Of a stretch of 52,302 nt of DNA, positions 21,444 to 31,079 are shown piece after piece. The position numbers were made by a program, and so were the translations under genes. The notes beneath the pieces were generated by a model. That model saw only the letters and a list, made by a program, of their open reading frames with translations, was not told the DNA's origin and did not search any database. Position 1 is the first letter of the stretch. Every line of letters begins with the position of its first letter. The stretch comes from Truepera sp. (GTDB lineage Bacteria > Deinococcota > Deinococci > Deinococcales > Trueperaceae): the NCBI GenBank assembly GCA_048594695.1, contig JBMDWS010000371.1:1-52302 (forward strand), written 5' to 3'.

Positions 21444-23045
21444 TTAGGTAGCCAGGTGCGGAGGGCGCAGTCTGGGACGCCGGATAGCTGCCCACACGAA
21501 GACGATGACGAGACCTAGAACGGCCCCACTGACCGCAGCAATGACCGTATTGAAGGTGCTGCTCGGTCCTGTGGGTGCGGTCGGGACCGACGCCTGACTA
21601 AGGATGCGGGCGTTGGTTGGCGCGAGGTTGGTCAGGTACGAGACGCTCGCTTGGAGTTGTGTGACGGTGTCGTAGGCCGCGAGCGCCTTCTCGAGTTCAC
21701 GGTTCAGGCTGTCGCGTTGCTGATCGAGCGTGGCGACTTGCTGTTGTAGCGCGGCAACGTCCTGGGTGTAGCCCGGTAGTTCGCCGCGCAGGCTCGCGGC
21801 TTCAGCAAGGAGACCCTCGAGCGCCACCCTTTCGCGTTGCAACCCGGCCTGACGCAGCAGGGTCAGCACGTCCACGTTATCGCGGGCGTCCGTCTGAGCC
21901 TGAGCGTACCCGAGCAGGGCGAGGTCAAGAACCTGCTGGGCGCTAGCCGTCAGCTGGGTCCGGTTGGTCCTCCGGTCACTTTCGAGGTCGCTGGACACGG
22001 TTGCGACCGTTTCGCGGGATACAGCGAGCGCAAACTCGGCGAGTGCATCCTGTGTTGCCTGCGGCAGGTCGGAAAGCGGCTCGGAAGCCGCGATCGTGCG
22101 CCGCGCGTCACGCTCGAGCGCGGCGCCAGGGAGCGTGAGGTTGGGGCTCGTCTCGCTCTTTGTAGCCACCTCCAGGGCCTCCGTGGCCCCGAGCACGCCG
22201 AAAAGCTCTGGGCTACGGGTCGCTTCCCCAGCCGAACTCGAGACCGCACCAGCATCCTCCTGCAGCGCGGCGATACGCGCCCGGCTCGCCGCAATTTGCG
22301 TCTTAAGGTCGTTCAGACGGGCACGTCCGTCGGTGAGTTGCCGAGTGCGCCCGTCTAGCTCCGCTTCGAGACGAGGCCCTTCATCCTTGGCCGCGAAAGC
22401 CTGGACGCGTTCCTCGACGGCCTCGACGTCGCTCTGCAGGCGGGCGGCCTCACGAGCAGTCTGGTTGCCGACGAGCTCGAGGCTGGCAAAGAGCGAGCGC
22501 CGGACGGCGGCCAGCGTGCTTTCGGCCCAGGCATCGGCCAGCTGCGCCGCGCGTTCGGGGTTGGCGTTTCTGACGGTGTGAACGACCGATAGGGGTGGGA
22601 GCGTGCCGCTGACGTTAGGCGCTGTCGAGGGAAGCTCGCGCAAAGTGGTCAGGCTCAGGAGTTGCCCGGGCGAGATCTCCGCACCGGAAATCCTGGAAAC
22701 GGCGTCTTGCAGCACTTCCTGGCTGCGGGCCAGTGTGCTGTAGCTCTGAAACGAGATTTCGTTGGGTGGCCTGAAGGTGAGGGTATCGTCGCCCTCGATC
22801 GCAATCGCAGGCGGCGTCACCATAACCGTACTCTGGGCGCTATAGGTTGGCCTCTGACGTGCGTTGAGCACGTAGGCCACGACGCCGAACACGAGCGCCG
22901 TCGCCAGAATCAGCGGCAAACCGCGTAGCAGGACGAAGAAAACCTCACGCAGGGAGACCTCGTCGCTGGTTCCGTAGGGCGTGGGTTCCGGGGTTGGGGG
23001 CTGGCTCATGGGTTCTGGCTCCCGCTTTGGCGCTGTGACATGCAC
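21444..23045 (-). CDS. Wzz/GumC-like polysaccharide chain-length determinant
   Basis: DEVSLRE followed by a TM, long coiled coil, Pro-rich ASVPTAPTGP and a C-terminal TM; first gene of the cluster. Confidence 0.85.
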   Translation of the reverse strand: MHVTAPKREPEPMSQPPTPEPTPYGTSDEVSLREVFFVLLRGLPLILATALVFGVVAYVLNARQRPTYSAQSTVMVTPPAIAIEGDDTLTFRPPNEISFQSYSTLARSQEVLQDAVSRISGAEISPGQLLSLTTLRELPSTAPNVSGTLPPLSVVHTVRNANPERAAQLADAWAESTLAAVRRSLFASLELVGNQTAREAARLQSDVEAVEERVQAFAAKDEGPRLEAELDGRTRQLTDGRARLNDLKTQIAASRARIAALQEDAGAVSSSAGEATRSPELFGVLGATEALEVATKSETSPNLTLPGAALERDARRTIAASEPLSDLPQATQDALAEFALAVSRETVATVSSDLESDRRTNRTQLTASAQQVLDLALLGYAQAQTDARDNVDVLTLLRQAGLQRERVALEGLLAEAASLRGELPGYTQDVAALQQQVATLDQQRDSLNRELEKALAAYDTVTQLQASVSYLTNLAPTNARILSQASVPTAPTGPSSTFNTVIAAVSGAVLGLVIVFVWAAIRRPRLRPPHLAT

Positions 23046-23138
23046 ATCCTCTCAAGACAATCGGCCCAGCCTACCAAGACCTCAGGGCGCATGTCGGTGA
23101 CGCGCCGGCTCTGCTGAGACACGCTGGGGTGGACACGG

Positions 23139-24182
23139 TTAAGGTTGACGGCGGATGAATCCGTCAGCCTCGAGCCGTTCGACGGTGGTTTTGAGTTCGC
23201 CGGGTTCCAGGTTGAGGCTGCCTGCTGCGACCTCGAGGCGGGGATCCTTGCGAAAGAGCTCGAGGGTGCGCTGCCCGGTATAGCCGAATTCGCCGCGAAA
23301 GCGCATGGCGAGTTCGGTCATGGGGTTGAGGGCGTCTCGGCCGCGCAGGGTGAGGCCGTAGCGGCGCTGCTCCCAGTCGGACGGCTCGGTCGGCAGCTTG
23401 AGGTTGGGGGGGCGTGAACAGACGCTATAAAAACCGCTGTCGCTGGCGTCTGTGACCCTTGGGTGGGCTTCAATGAGCTGTAGGTAGGGTTTACCCGCAC
23501 GGTAATAGCGAACCGTGCCGGGGCTCAACTCGAGGCCACTGAAGGTGTCTAGCTCGACCTCGTGGCTGATCCGCAGGTTCAGGAGCAACCCGAGCAGACT
23601 GCCGACGATGAGGCTCGGCAGGACGTAGAGGCTCAGCTCGGCCCGTTCACCGAGGTTGAAGAGTGCTCGCAGGGCCAGCATCCCGCCTCGCGCCCGTGCG
23701 TCGCTGCCGCTTTCGCTGTAGAGCGCGCCGCAGAGTTGCCCGTGGCTAAAGAGCAGAAGGCCCTGCCGCGCCGGGCCGGTGAGCGTGAGCGCGCCGCTAA
23801 AGCGATCCTCCTCGAGGCGCAGGGTGAGCGCACGCAGGTCGGTCTCAGTGGTGCTGAACAGAGGCGTTTCGAAGAGTGTCGGGAGTGCCCGGAAGCCGCT
23901 GTGCGGTGCGTCGAGGGTTTGGAGCGGCAGCGTGGGGAGGGTCAGGCTCTCGGCGTGCGGCCAGAAGTCGAAGCGCGCACCGCTAAGGTCGATATCGAAA
24001 GTGCTGCCGAGTTCGGCACCCTCCAAGTCGGTGTGGGAACGCGGTTTGCCGCGCCTGAGCAGCACGAGTGAGGCGCTCTCCCCGCTCAGGACTGCCAGCG
24101 TGCCCGTAGCTGTCGATGCGTCCAGCATGCCCAGGAGGGCCCGGCTGCTGAGCGGTCCAAGCCGACCGCTCAGGCTCGTCAC
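23139..24182 (-). CDS. Hypothetical protein with DUF4388-like repeats and a possible C-terminal winged helix
   Basis: Two [T/S]G[T/A]L..(G..)LL..G modules; C-terminal ELKTTVERLEADGFIR. Start overlaps the Nudix stop (GTGA). Confidence 0.6.
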   Translation of the reverse strand: MTSLSGRLGPLSSRALLGMLDASTATGTLAVLSGESASLVLLRRGKPRSHTDLEGAELGSTFDIDLSGARFDFWPHAESLTLPTLPLQTLDAPHSGFRALPTLFETPLFSTTETDLRALTLRLEEDRFSGALTLTGPARQGLLLFSHGQLCGALYSESGSDARARGGMLALRALFNLGERAELSLYVLPSLIVGSLLGLLLNLRISHEVELDTFSGLELSPGTVRYYRAGKPYLQLIEAHPRVTDASDSGFYSVCSRPPNLKLPTEPSDWEQRRYGLTLRGRDALNPMTELAMRFRGEFGYTGQRTLELFRKDPRLEVAAGSLNLEPGELKTTVERLEADGFIRRQP

Positions 24183-24604
24183 GAGGAGTCCTCCGCCCTT
24201 TGGGACCTGTGCAGATGCGAGAGCATGGCCTCGAGCAGGCGCCGATCCTCCTCGAACGAGAGACGTGAATTCGCCTCTTCGGGGGTAAAAAACCCTCCGG
24301 CAGGAAAGAGAAACTCGCGCAAAACCGGAGTATCGGCGTCGGTCAGGAGCAGATACCAGGTGATCTCGCGGGGCACACCCCGAGCATTCTCATAGTGTGT
24401 AGTCTCGTGGAGTGCCTCGTCGGGACAGGTTGCAACCACGCCCGCCTCCTCCTCGACCACGCGCAGCGCCGCCTCGAGCGCCGTTTCACCGGGGTCCAAA
24501 TGGCCTTTGGGGAAGACCCAGGTTCCCTCGAGGTGCTGCAGGAGCAGCACAGCGCCGTCATGGCGAAAGACCACACCACCTGCGCCGCCAACTTCAGTCT
24601 GCAC
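24179..24604 (-). CDS. Nudix hydrolase, Thermus Ndx1 (Ap4A/Ap6A hydrolase)-like
   Basis: GAGGVVF..WVFPKGH..GE...AALRVVEEEAG Nudix box, Y.N.RG..REI.W, L.F.ED. GGAG before GTG. Confidence 0.85.
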   Translation of the reverse strand: MQTEVGGAGGVVFRHDGAVLLLQHLEGTWVFPKGHLDPGETALEAALRVVEEEAGVVATCPDEALHETTHYENARGVPREITWYLLLTDADTPVLREFLFPAGGFFTPEEANSRLSFEEDRRLLEAMLSHLHRSQRAEDSS

Positions 24605-24823
24605 CGGCTGCTCCAGGTATGGGGGGAAAGAAGAACCTGCTCATGACGTCATGCTACCAAACACTTCACAAAAACCGTCTGCAAATCTGCGGCAAGCATG
24701 GCTGAGGCTGCCGCTATCATCCCTGAAGCACCCCACGCGAAAAAATGGCTGATGCCAGGCGCTCTGCGGCTGACCCTGTATGAGGTGGCCTGAGTGTGAT
24801 ACGACTGAGTGTAGGTCGACTGG

Positions 24824-24853
24824 GCATGGTGACCAAGCTCAAGGCGACCATGC
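24824..24853 (-). terminator. Hairpin just downstream of the amidase stop (possible terminator)
   Basis: GCATGGT...ACCATGC inverted repeat; no clear U-tract. Confidence 0.35.
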
Positions 24854-24866
24854 GCTGAGGGCGGCG

Positions 24867-26540
24867 TCAGTTGGATGTGCCGGGTAGGTCAGCGAGCGTA
24901 CCGCCCGGTGACAAAAAGGCCTCGATACCGTCCGCGAGAGCTTCAGCCAGGGTCTGCTGGTAATGCGTGTCAGCGAGTTTGGGTCCCTCGACGGGGCTAT
25001 TGACGAACCCTAGCTCGACCAGGACGGCGGGAACCCGGGCGTCGCGCAGCACCACGAAGTAGTTGTTACGGATGCCACGATTCTCGCTCTGGGTAAACGC
25101 CACCAAGTCATTTTGCACTGTATCGGCCAGAATGGTGCTGTAAGCCAGGTTTTCTTCGCGCAGGAGGTCGCCGTCGATGCTCGCCGCTTCCTCTTGCGCC
25201 GAGGCCGTCCGTTCCAAGCCGACCTCGCCCCCCCCGTTTTCCAGCACCGCGAGGTCGATGACCGAGTCGTCCTGAGGTTCACCGAAGACCCAGGTCTCGA
25301 TGCCCTGTGCGCCCGCAACTTCGGTCGAGTTGGCGTGGAGCGACACGAAAAGGTTGTGTTCAGAAGGCACGGCGGAGCGGGCGCGGTCCTCGAGCTCGAC
25401 GAATGTGTCGTCGTCGCGGGTCATGGCAACGTTGATACCGCGCGACTCGAGTTCGTCGCGTAGCAGCAGCCCGACCGTCAGGACGAGGTCTTTTTCGACC
25501 ACGTACTCGCTCGAGGTTCCCGGATCCTCGCCGCCATGCCCGGGATCGATCACGACCGTTTTGCGGATATTCGCGGGCCGCCGCACGGGAGCAGGTTGCG
25601 GAGCAAGTTCGTTGAGGTCGGCCACCGCTTCCCCGCGCAGACTCGGGGCAAAGTCGATGTAGAGGGTCTCTTCGCTTCCCTCACCGCCGAGTCGTCCCAC
25701 CTCGAAGCCGCGCCCACTGGCTACGATCGGATAGCGGGTACCGACGATGAGCGCCCACTGGTCGGGGCCGAGTTCGCTGAAACCGAGGCTCGAGAGCTGC
25801 GGCCCGTCGGGGCGCTCGCTATACGTCTCGGCCCTTGCCCCGCGAAAGAGCACGATAAAGTTGTCACCTTGCGTGGCGAGTTCGTAGGTGACGCCCGCTG
25901 GAATGTCGATGGCGACGCGGGTGTAATCCCCGTGCAGGGCGTAGCGCGGCGCACCGAGCGCAATCAGCGAAGGGTCGGGGGGCGAAACTGGCGGGGGCAT
26001 GAGGGCCGCTGTGCTGAAGTCTATGGCTGCCATGCGCGCGGTTTTGTTCCACAGCACCGTGCCTCCAAAGGCCTCGACGAGCGCTTTGAGCGGCAGGTAG
26101 CTCGAGCCCGCTAAAATGGCGCTCGGCCCGGCCCGTGGGACGCTGTCTACCGTAAGCGCACCGTCACGTGTGTCGAGCGCCGCCTCTACGTCGTCGGTTG
26201 CCAGGATGTCTACGGTCTGGCCCGCCTTTTGAAAGCGGAGCGTGCCGGTGTCCGGCAGGTAGCTGGACTCGAGGCCCAGGGCGCTCGTCAGGATGTCGGT
26301 GCGAATGTAAGCGTTATCCGGTCCCTGGGGCGCGCTGAAATAGCACGCGGTTTCGCCGCTCAGGAGGATACCGTCTACCGAGACGTATGCGTCGCAGCTT
26401 TGGGCCTCTGCGCTGTTCCCGAAGAGAACGGCAAGAACGAGCAGCAGACTACAGAGGATGAGAAGCTTGGGGCGCAGGGAGTGGGAGCGCGTCACGACAT
26501 GAAAGTCTAGCACGGGGTTTTTTGCTTGATGCTGTGACAA
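24867..26540 (-). CDS. N-acetylmuramoyl-L-alanine amidase (Amidase_3) with N-terminal stalk/AMIN-like domains
   Basis: Signal peptide, VVIDPGHGGEDPG, EK, TRDDD, FVSLHANS, PAVLVELGF. Start uncertain. Confidence 0.92.
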   Translation of the reverse strand: MSQHQAKNPVLDFHVVTRSHSLRPKLLILCSLLLVLAVLFGNSAEAQSCDAYVSVDGILLSGETACYFSAPQGPDNAYIRTDILTSALGLESSYLPDTGTLRFQKAGQTVDILATDDVEAALDTRDGALTVDSVPRAGPSAILAGSSYLPLKALVEAFGGTVLWNKTARMAAIDFSTAALMPPPVSPPDPSLIALGAPRYALHGDYTRVAIDIPAGVTYELATQGDNFIVLFRGARAETYSERPDGPQLSSLGFSELGPDQWALIVGTRYPIVASGRGFEVGRLGGEGSEETLYIDFAPSLRGEAVADLNELAPQPAPVRRPANIRKTVVIDPGHGGEDPGTSSEYVVEKDLVLTVGLLLRDELESRGINVAMTRDDDTFVELEDRARSAVPSEHNLFVSLHANSTEVAGAQGIETWVFGEPQDDSVIDLAVLENGGGEVGLERTASAQEEAASIDGDLLREENLAYSTILADTVQNDLVAFTQSENRGIRNNYFVVLRDARVPAVLVELGFVNSPVEGPKLADTHYQQTLAEALADGIEAFLSPGGTLADLPGTSN

Positions 26541-26615
26541 CGCTGAGAGAAAGTGTTCATGAACGCCTTCATGAAGAGGTCATGTTCTGTGGTCCGAACC
26601 CTTATGCTTGGCTGC

Positions 26616-27914
26616 ATGACGACGCTTCTAAGAGCTCGGCTCTTTCACACACCGAAAGATCCTTTTGTCGAGGAGGATGCGCTCGAGACGCTCGACGGGG
26701 CCGTCGCCCGCGAGGGCGACCCGATCGAGGCGCTAGGCAGCGGGACGGAGCAGCGTGTGCGCTTTACGGGGGTGCCCGTGCTGGGCGACGGTCAGGACTA
26801 TCTGCTGCCTGGGTTTGTTGACATGCACGTGCACTATCCGCAGCAGAGTGTGATCGGGGCGATGGGTCTGACGCTGCTCGACTGGCTGCGTGAGCGCACC
26901 CTGCCCGAGGAGGCGCGGCTCGGGGACACCGACCACGCACGCCGCGTAGCCCGGCGCTTCGTGCGGGCACTGGCGCGTAACGGGACGACCACAGCGCTCG
27001 TTTTCGGTGCGCATATCCCGGCGGCGCAGGAGGTTTTCTTTGAAGAGGCCGAGGCGTCGGGGCTGCGCCTCACGAGCGGTCTGGTTCTCGGTGACCGACT
27101 CTTGCATCCGGCGCTCGAGGCCGACGCCGAAACCTCGTACCGGGAGAGCGAAGCCCTGCTGACGCGCTGGCATGGGCAGGGGCGAATCCGCTACGCCGTG
27201 ACCCCGCGCTTTGCCCTCTCCTGCAGCGAGACGGTGCTCGAGGCGGCCGGGGCGCTCCTTTCGCGCTACCCGGAAGCCTTTTTTCAGACCCACCTGAACG
27301 AGTCCAAAGCTGAAATCGAAACGGTCGCCGGGCTCTTCCCCTGGGCGCGGGATTACCTGGAGACTTACGAGCGCTATGGCCTCGTCACCGAGCGCTCGGT
27401 CTTTGCCCACAACGTTCACGTCGGCGACAGCGAACTCGCCCGGCTTGCTGCGGCCCGTGCAGCAGTGGCCCACTGTCCAAGCTCCAACATGTTTATCGGC
27501 AGCGGACTTTTTCCGCTCAAGCGGCACCTGGCACACGGCGTTCGGGTTGGACTCGGCAGCGATGTGGGAGGGGGCACCGGCTTCAGTCTCTTCAAGGAAG
27601 GGCTCATGGGCTATCAGGGGCAGATGCTCTTGCCGGACGGGTACGCGCTCTCGCCCGCGCACCTGCTCTACCTAGCGACCCGCGCCGGGGCGCTAGCTCT
27701 TGGGTTCGACGATATAGGGGACTTGCAGCCCGGAAAGCAGGCCGATCTCATCCTCGTGCGCCCGCCCGAGCGAAGCACGCTGGCCGAGGTGCTGGCGCAG
27801 AGTCCATCGGCTGAAGCGAGCCTGGGGGCGCTCTTTACACTCGCCCGCGAGGAGTGTATCCGTGAGGTCTTCGTCGCGGGCGAGCCGATTCTAGGCCGCC
27901 TCGAGGCAGCCTAG
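26616..27914 (+). CDS. guaD: Guanine deaminase
   Basis: PGFVDMHVHYPQ, GTTTA, VTPRFA, QTHLNE, HCPSSN..GSG, GSDVGGGT. Leaderless start 7 nt after TATGCT. Confidence 0.95.
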   Translation: MTTLLRARLFHTPKDPFVEEDALETLDGAVAREGDPIEALGSGTEQRVRFTGVPVLGDGQDYLLPGFVDMHVHYPQQSVIGAMGLTLLDWLRERTLPEEARLGDTDHARRVARRFVRALARNGTTTALVFGAHIPAAQEVFFEEAEASGLRLTSGLVLGDRLLHPALEADAETSYRESEALLTRWHGQGRIRYAVTPRFALSCSETVLEAAGALLSRYPEAFFQTHLNESKAEIETVAGLFPWARDYLETYERYGLVTERSVFAHNVHVGDSELARLAAARAAVAHCPSSNMFIGSGLFPLKRHLAHGVRVGLGSDVGGGTGFSLFKEGLMGYQGQMLLPDGYALSPAHLLYLATRAGALALGFDDIGDLQPGKQADLILVRPPERSTLAEVLAQSPSAEASLGALFTLAREECIREVFVAGEPILGRLEAA

Positions 27915-27926
27915 AAGATCATGGGT

Positions 27927-28316
27927 CTAGCCGAGCTGCGGGGCTTTTTCTGTTTCGTGCTTTGCCTGCCCAAGCGACTCGTCGATCAGGGGCAGTTCCG
28001 GGGTGCGCCGCTCGAGCTGGCTGCGCTCCTCGAGCGCCCCCTGGAATGAACGCGCGCCGAGCAGACGGTTGGCGTCGTGCTCGAGTTGATCGAAGACGTT
28101 GCGGTAGCTCCGGGTCAGTCCGTCGATCGCTTGCGCCGTGCCGACGAAGTGCTCCTGCACGTCGCTCTTGTACGCGTTAAGCTCCTCGGTCTTGGCCTGA
28201 AGTTTGGCCCGGAGCGCCTTGGCTTCGGGGTTATCGCGGCCCTGAAGGCGAAAGTAGCCGTAGGTGAGAAGGGCTCCGACAGCAAAGGCTGCGAGCAGCT
28301 GCAAAAATTGGATCAT
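27927..28316 (-). CDS. YhcB/ZapG (DUF1043)-like membrane-anchored coiled-coil protein
   Basis: N-terminal TM, then EELNAYKSDVQEHFVGTAQAIDGLTRSYRNVFDQL, matching the Y...V..HF..TA.....L...Y pattern. GGAGG RBS before ATG 28316. Confidence 0.72.
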   Translation of the reverse strand: MIQFLQLLAAFAVGALLTYGYFRLQGRDNPEAKALRAKLQAKTEELNAYKSDVQEHFVGTAQAIDGLTRSYRNVFDQLEHDANRLLGARSFQGALEERSQLERRTPELPLIDESLGQAKHETEKAPQLG

Positions 28317-28568
28317 GAATCCTCCGCAAAGCGCCCTGTTTTTCGGGCGCGGACGCCTCAGTCTAACGTAGGCCTGGGCCGAGGGGGAAGAGCTACGCGC
28401 TGACACTGCGACTGCCAAGCGGGTGTTTGAATGAGGTATGGGCCGGAAATGTGCCGCCTGACAAAGGGCAAACGGCTCGGTGCACGCTTTCTCGCGACGA
28501 CCTGCGGGGAGCAAGTGTCCCTGCGCTGCGCCCGATATCTTTTAGATGGCGCAGCGGTAGAGTTAGGT

Positions 28569-29399
28569 GTGCCCGATCCGTTTACACGGAAAACCTACCT
28601 GCACGCGGTGGACGACCCGGTTTTGCCTGTTCGCTTTTCGCTCGGTAAACGGGTGCGCGCCCTGCAGTTTCAGGCGTTTTTCAAGGGGCTCGAGACGACT
28701 GCCGAGGGGTTCATGGGCCGCGCTGACGGGCTAGAGCTGGTTGTTCTGACCCCCTCGGACTGGCGGCGACAACTCTCGGCACCCTACGGCTGGGGTCTGA
28801 CACGCCGCAGCGAAACGGGCGTGAGCGTGGCGCTGCCTGCGGGCTATCCGCCGCGCCTGATCGCGAAGTGGGACGCGGTGCGGCTGCGGGCGGGGCGCGC
28901 GGGTGTTCGGGCACCGGGCAGCGTCCCGGCCTTTCTGGACGCGCTTTTGGGTCTCGAGTGGGCGCACGCCCGGCTCCTGCTGACTTTGCCCGGCAAGCGT
29001 CCGAAAGCTTGGCTCCGTGAGCTGGGAGCTTGCTACCTCTATCAGCGGGTGCTTCGGGATCAGGGCGACACCTACATGCTCGAGACGCTCGACGCCTGGG
29101 CGCGGCTCGAGCATGCCGGGGGCGCGGAACCTGTGAGCGAAAACGCTGCCCAAGACGAGCTCGAGCCCCTTGGCCCCAACAGCCTCGGCGCTGACTGGGA
29201 CGACACCGCGCCTCCAGCCTCGCCCCGGGATTTTCTCTACCCGCGCAGCCGGATGACGCTGCCCACGCTGCTGGTCGCGCAGGGGGCGCTCTGGCTCGAG
29301 GCGGCAGTACTGGCCGAGCAGGAAGGCCGGGAACTCAGTCCCGAGGACGTGCAACGGGTGGCGAAAGCGACCCTCAAGAATCGTGCAGTGCCGCTGTAG
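28569..29399 (+). CDS. Hypothetical protein
   Basis: Long ORF with host-like codon use; likely GTG start 5 nt after TAGAGT. Confidence 0.6.
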   Translation: MPDPFTRKTYLHAVDDPVLPVRFSLGKRVRALQFQAFFKGLETTAEGFMGRADGLELVVLTPSDWRRQLSAPYGWGLTRRSETGVSVALPAGYPPRLIAKWDAVRLRAGRAGVRAPGSVPAFLDALLGLEWAHARLLLTLPGKRPKAWLRELGACYLYQRVLRDQGDTYMLETLDAWARLEHAGGAEPVSENAAQDELEPLGPNSLGADWDDTAPPASPRDFLYPRSRMTLPTLLVAQGALWLEAAVLAEQEGRELSPEDVQRVAKATLKNRAVPL

Positions 29400-31077
29400 G
29401 TGTATCGGGAGAAAGCGTGCCGGGACGGCTCTTGAGGCGGTGCTCGCTGAGCAGTTCGGCGAGCGCGGCGGCGTTTTCGACCCCCTCGAGGCGAGGCTCG
29501 AGCCAGTCTGCGACGCGACCGTGCAGGGTCGGGCGCTCACCGAGAGGGACCATCAGCAGCGCAGCGCGGCGCAGCAGTTCGTTGCGAAAGCGCAGCTCCA
29601 CTTCACCGGGCAACGTGCTCGGCTCGGTTCGCATCAGGAATCCTTCGCCCAGGAGCGCGTCGATGTCGGCCTGGGCGCGCTGCGCGAGCGCTTCGGCGAG
29701 GCTCAGCCAGACGCGTTCGCCCGCTAGGGCAAGCTGCGCGAGCAGATAGCGCTGGGCACCCGGTAGCATGTCGAGCCGCGCCTGTAGTAGCGATGTGAGT
29801 GAGCCGGAGAACGCGCCCGTGCGAGCATTGTTGAGCGTGCGACCGAGTTCGATGGTGTAGGCGGGGTTGCCGCCAGTCTCGCTGACGAGCGAGGTGACGA
29901 CGAGTTCTAGTGCCGGATCGACGAGCTGCCCGAGGATGTCGAGACAGGCTCGAGTGCTGAGTGGTGAGAGTGTGAGGATCTGGGCACCTGTCGTCACGGG
30001 CGGCTTGCGGCTTAGACGCAACAGCAAGAGCGGGACCGACGCCCCGCGCAGCGCGGTAATCAGCGGCTCGAGCAGCGCGCTCTGTGGTCCTTGCTCGGCA
30101 ATCAGTAGCAGGGGCTGCGCGGCGTCACTCAGTTCGCTTAAAAGCTGCTCCGGGTCCTGGGGTGCGCCGGAGATGACCTGAAGCTGTCCGGCCAGACTAC
30201 TCACGGTTCGTTCGCTCGTGGGCTCGAGCCAGAGGACCCGAGCAGCCCCCTGCGTCTCGACCGCCTGACTGAATTCGCGGACCAGCCGTGTCTTGCCGCT
30301 GCCCGCCTCACCGACGAGCCAGAGTTCTTGCGGCACCGTCGTTCGCTTTACGCCTGCCAGAATGCCCCAGAGCTCTTGTAGCTCGACCTCGCGTCCGACG
30401 AACTCGAGGTGCGCGTAGGGGTCGCGTTGACGTGCCTCCTGTACGAAGCGCTGTGCCTGCGTGATGTCGGGAAATCCCGCCAGCGACAGAACTGGGCTCG
30501 GCAGGTAACGCAGGCTGTGACGGGTGGCGCGGTAGGTCTCGGGACCGACCCAGACCTCGCCCGGGGTGGCGGCAGCCTCGAGGCGGGCTGCTAGGTTGAC
30601 GGCGCTGCCCATGACCGTGTAGCCCTTGATTCGGCCTGCGCCGAGGTCCCCGGCGATGACCAAACCCGTGTTGACCCCTGCACGTCCTTTAAGTGGATAG
30701 CCCTTGCTGCGACCGATGGCTTCGATCGCCCGCAGCCCTTCTGCAGCGGCTAGTACGGCCCGTTCTGGGTCGTTGGGGTGTGAGTGCGGCGCGCCGAAAA
30801 GTGCGATGAGGCCGTCTCCCTGAAACGCGTCGACGTAGCCGTCGTACTCCTCGATGATCCCCGCGACGACGGTCAAAACGTCGTCGGCGAGGTCGCGCAG
30901 CTTTTCCGGGTCGAAGTGTCGGGTGAGCGTGCTGAAGCCCGTTAGATCGATAAAAACAGCAGTGACGCGTCGGCGCTCGCGCCGGACCGGTGTCTCGTTA
31001 AGGGCCGTACCACACATGCCGCAAAAGCGCATCGCTGCCGGGTTGTCGGCTGCGCAGTTGGGGCAGCGTAGGCTCAT
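29374..31077 (-). CDS. Zinc ribbon + class III adenylate/guanylate cyclase + STAND (AAA_16) NTPase
   Basis: CPNC..FCGMCG, FIDLTGFS, FQGDG, TVMGSAVNLAARLE, FVGREVE, GEAGSGKT, GGNP. Leaderless start 7 nt after TATAAT. Confidence 0.88.
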   Translation of the reverse strand: MSLRCPNCAADNPAAMRFCGMCGTALNETPVRRERRRVTAVFIDLTGFSTLTRHFDPEKLRDLADDVLTVVAGIIEEYDGYVDAFQGDGLIALFGAPHSHPNDPERAVLAAAEGLRAIEAIGRSKGYPLKGRAGVNTGLVIAGDLGAGRIKGYTVMGSAVNLAARLEAAATPGEVWVGPETYRATRHSLRYLPSPVLSLAGFPDITQAQRFVQEARQRDPYAHLEFVGREVELQELWGILAGVKRTTVPQELWLVGEAGSGKTRLVREFSQAVETQGAARVLWLEPTSERTVSSLAGQLQVISGAPQDPEQLLSELSDAAQPLLLIAEQGPQSALLEPLITALRGASVPLLLLRLSRKPPVTTGAQILTLSPLSTRACLDILGQLVDPALELVVTSLVSETGGNPAYTIELGRTLNNARTGAFSGSLTSLLQARLDMLPGAQRYLLAQLALAGERVWLSLAEALAQRAQADIDALLGEGFLMRTEPSTLPGEVELRFRNELLRRAALLMVPLGERPTLHGRVADWLEPRLEGVENAAALAELLSEHRLKSRPGTLSPDTPTAALHDS

Positions 31078-31079
31078 GT

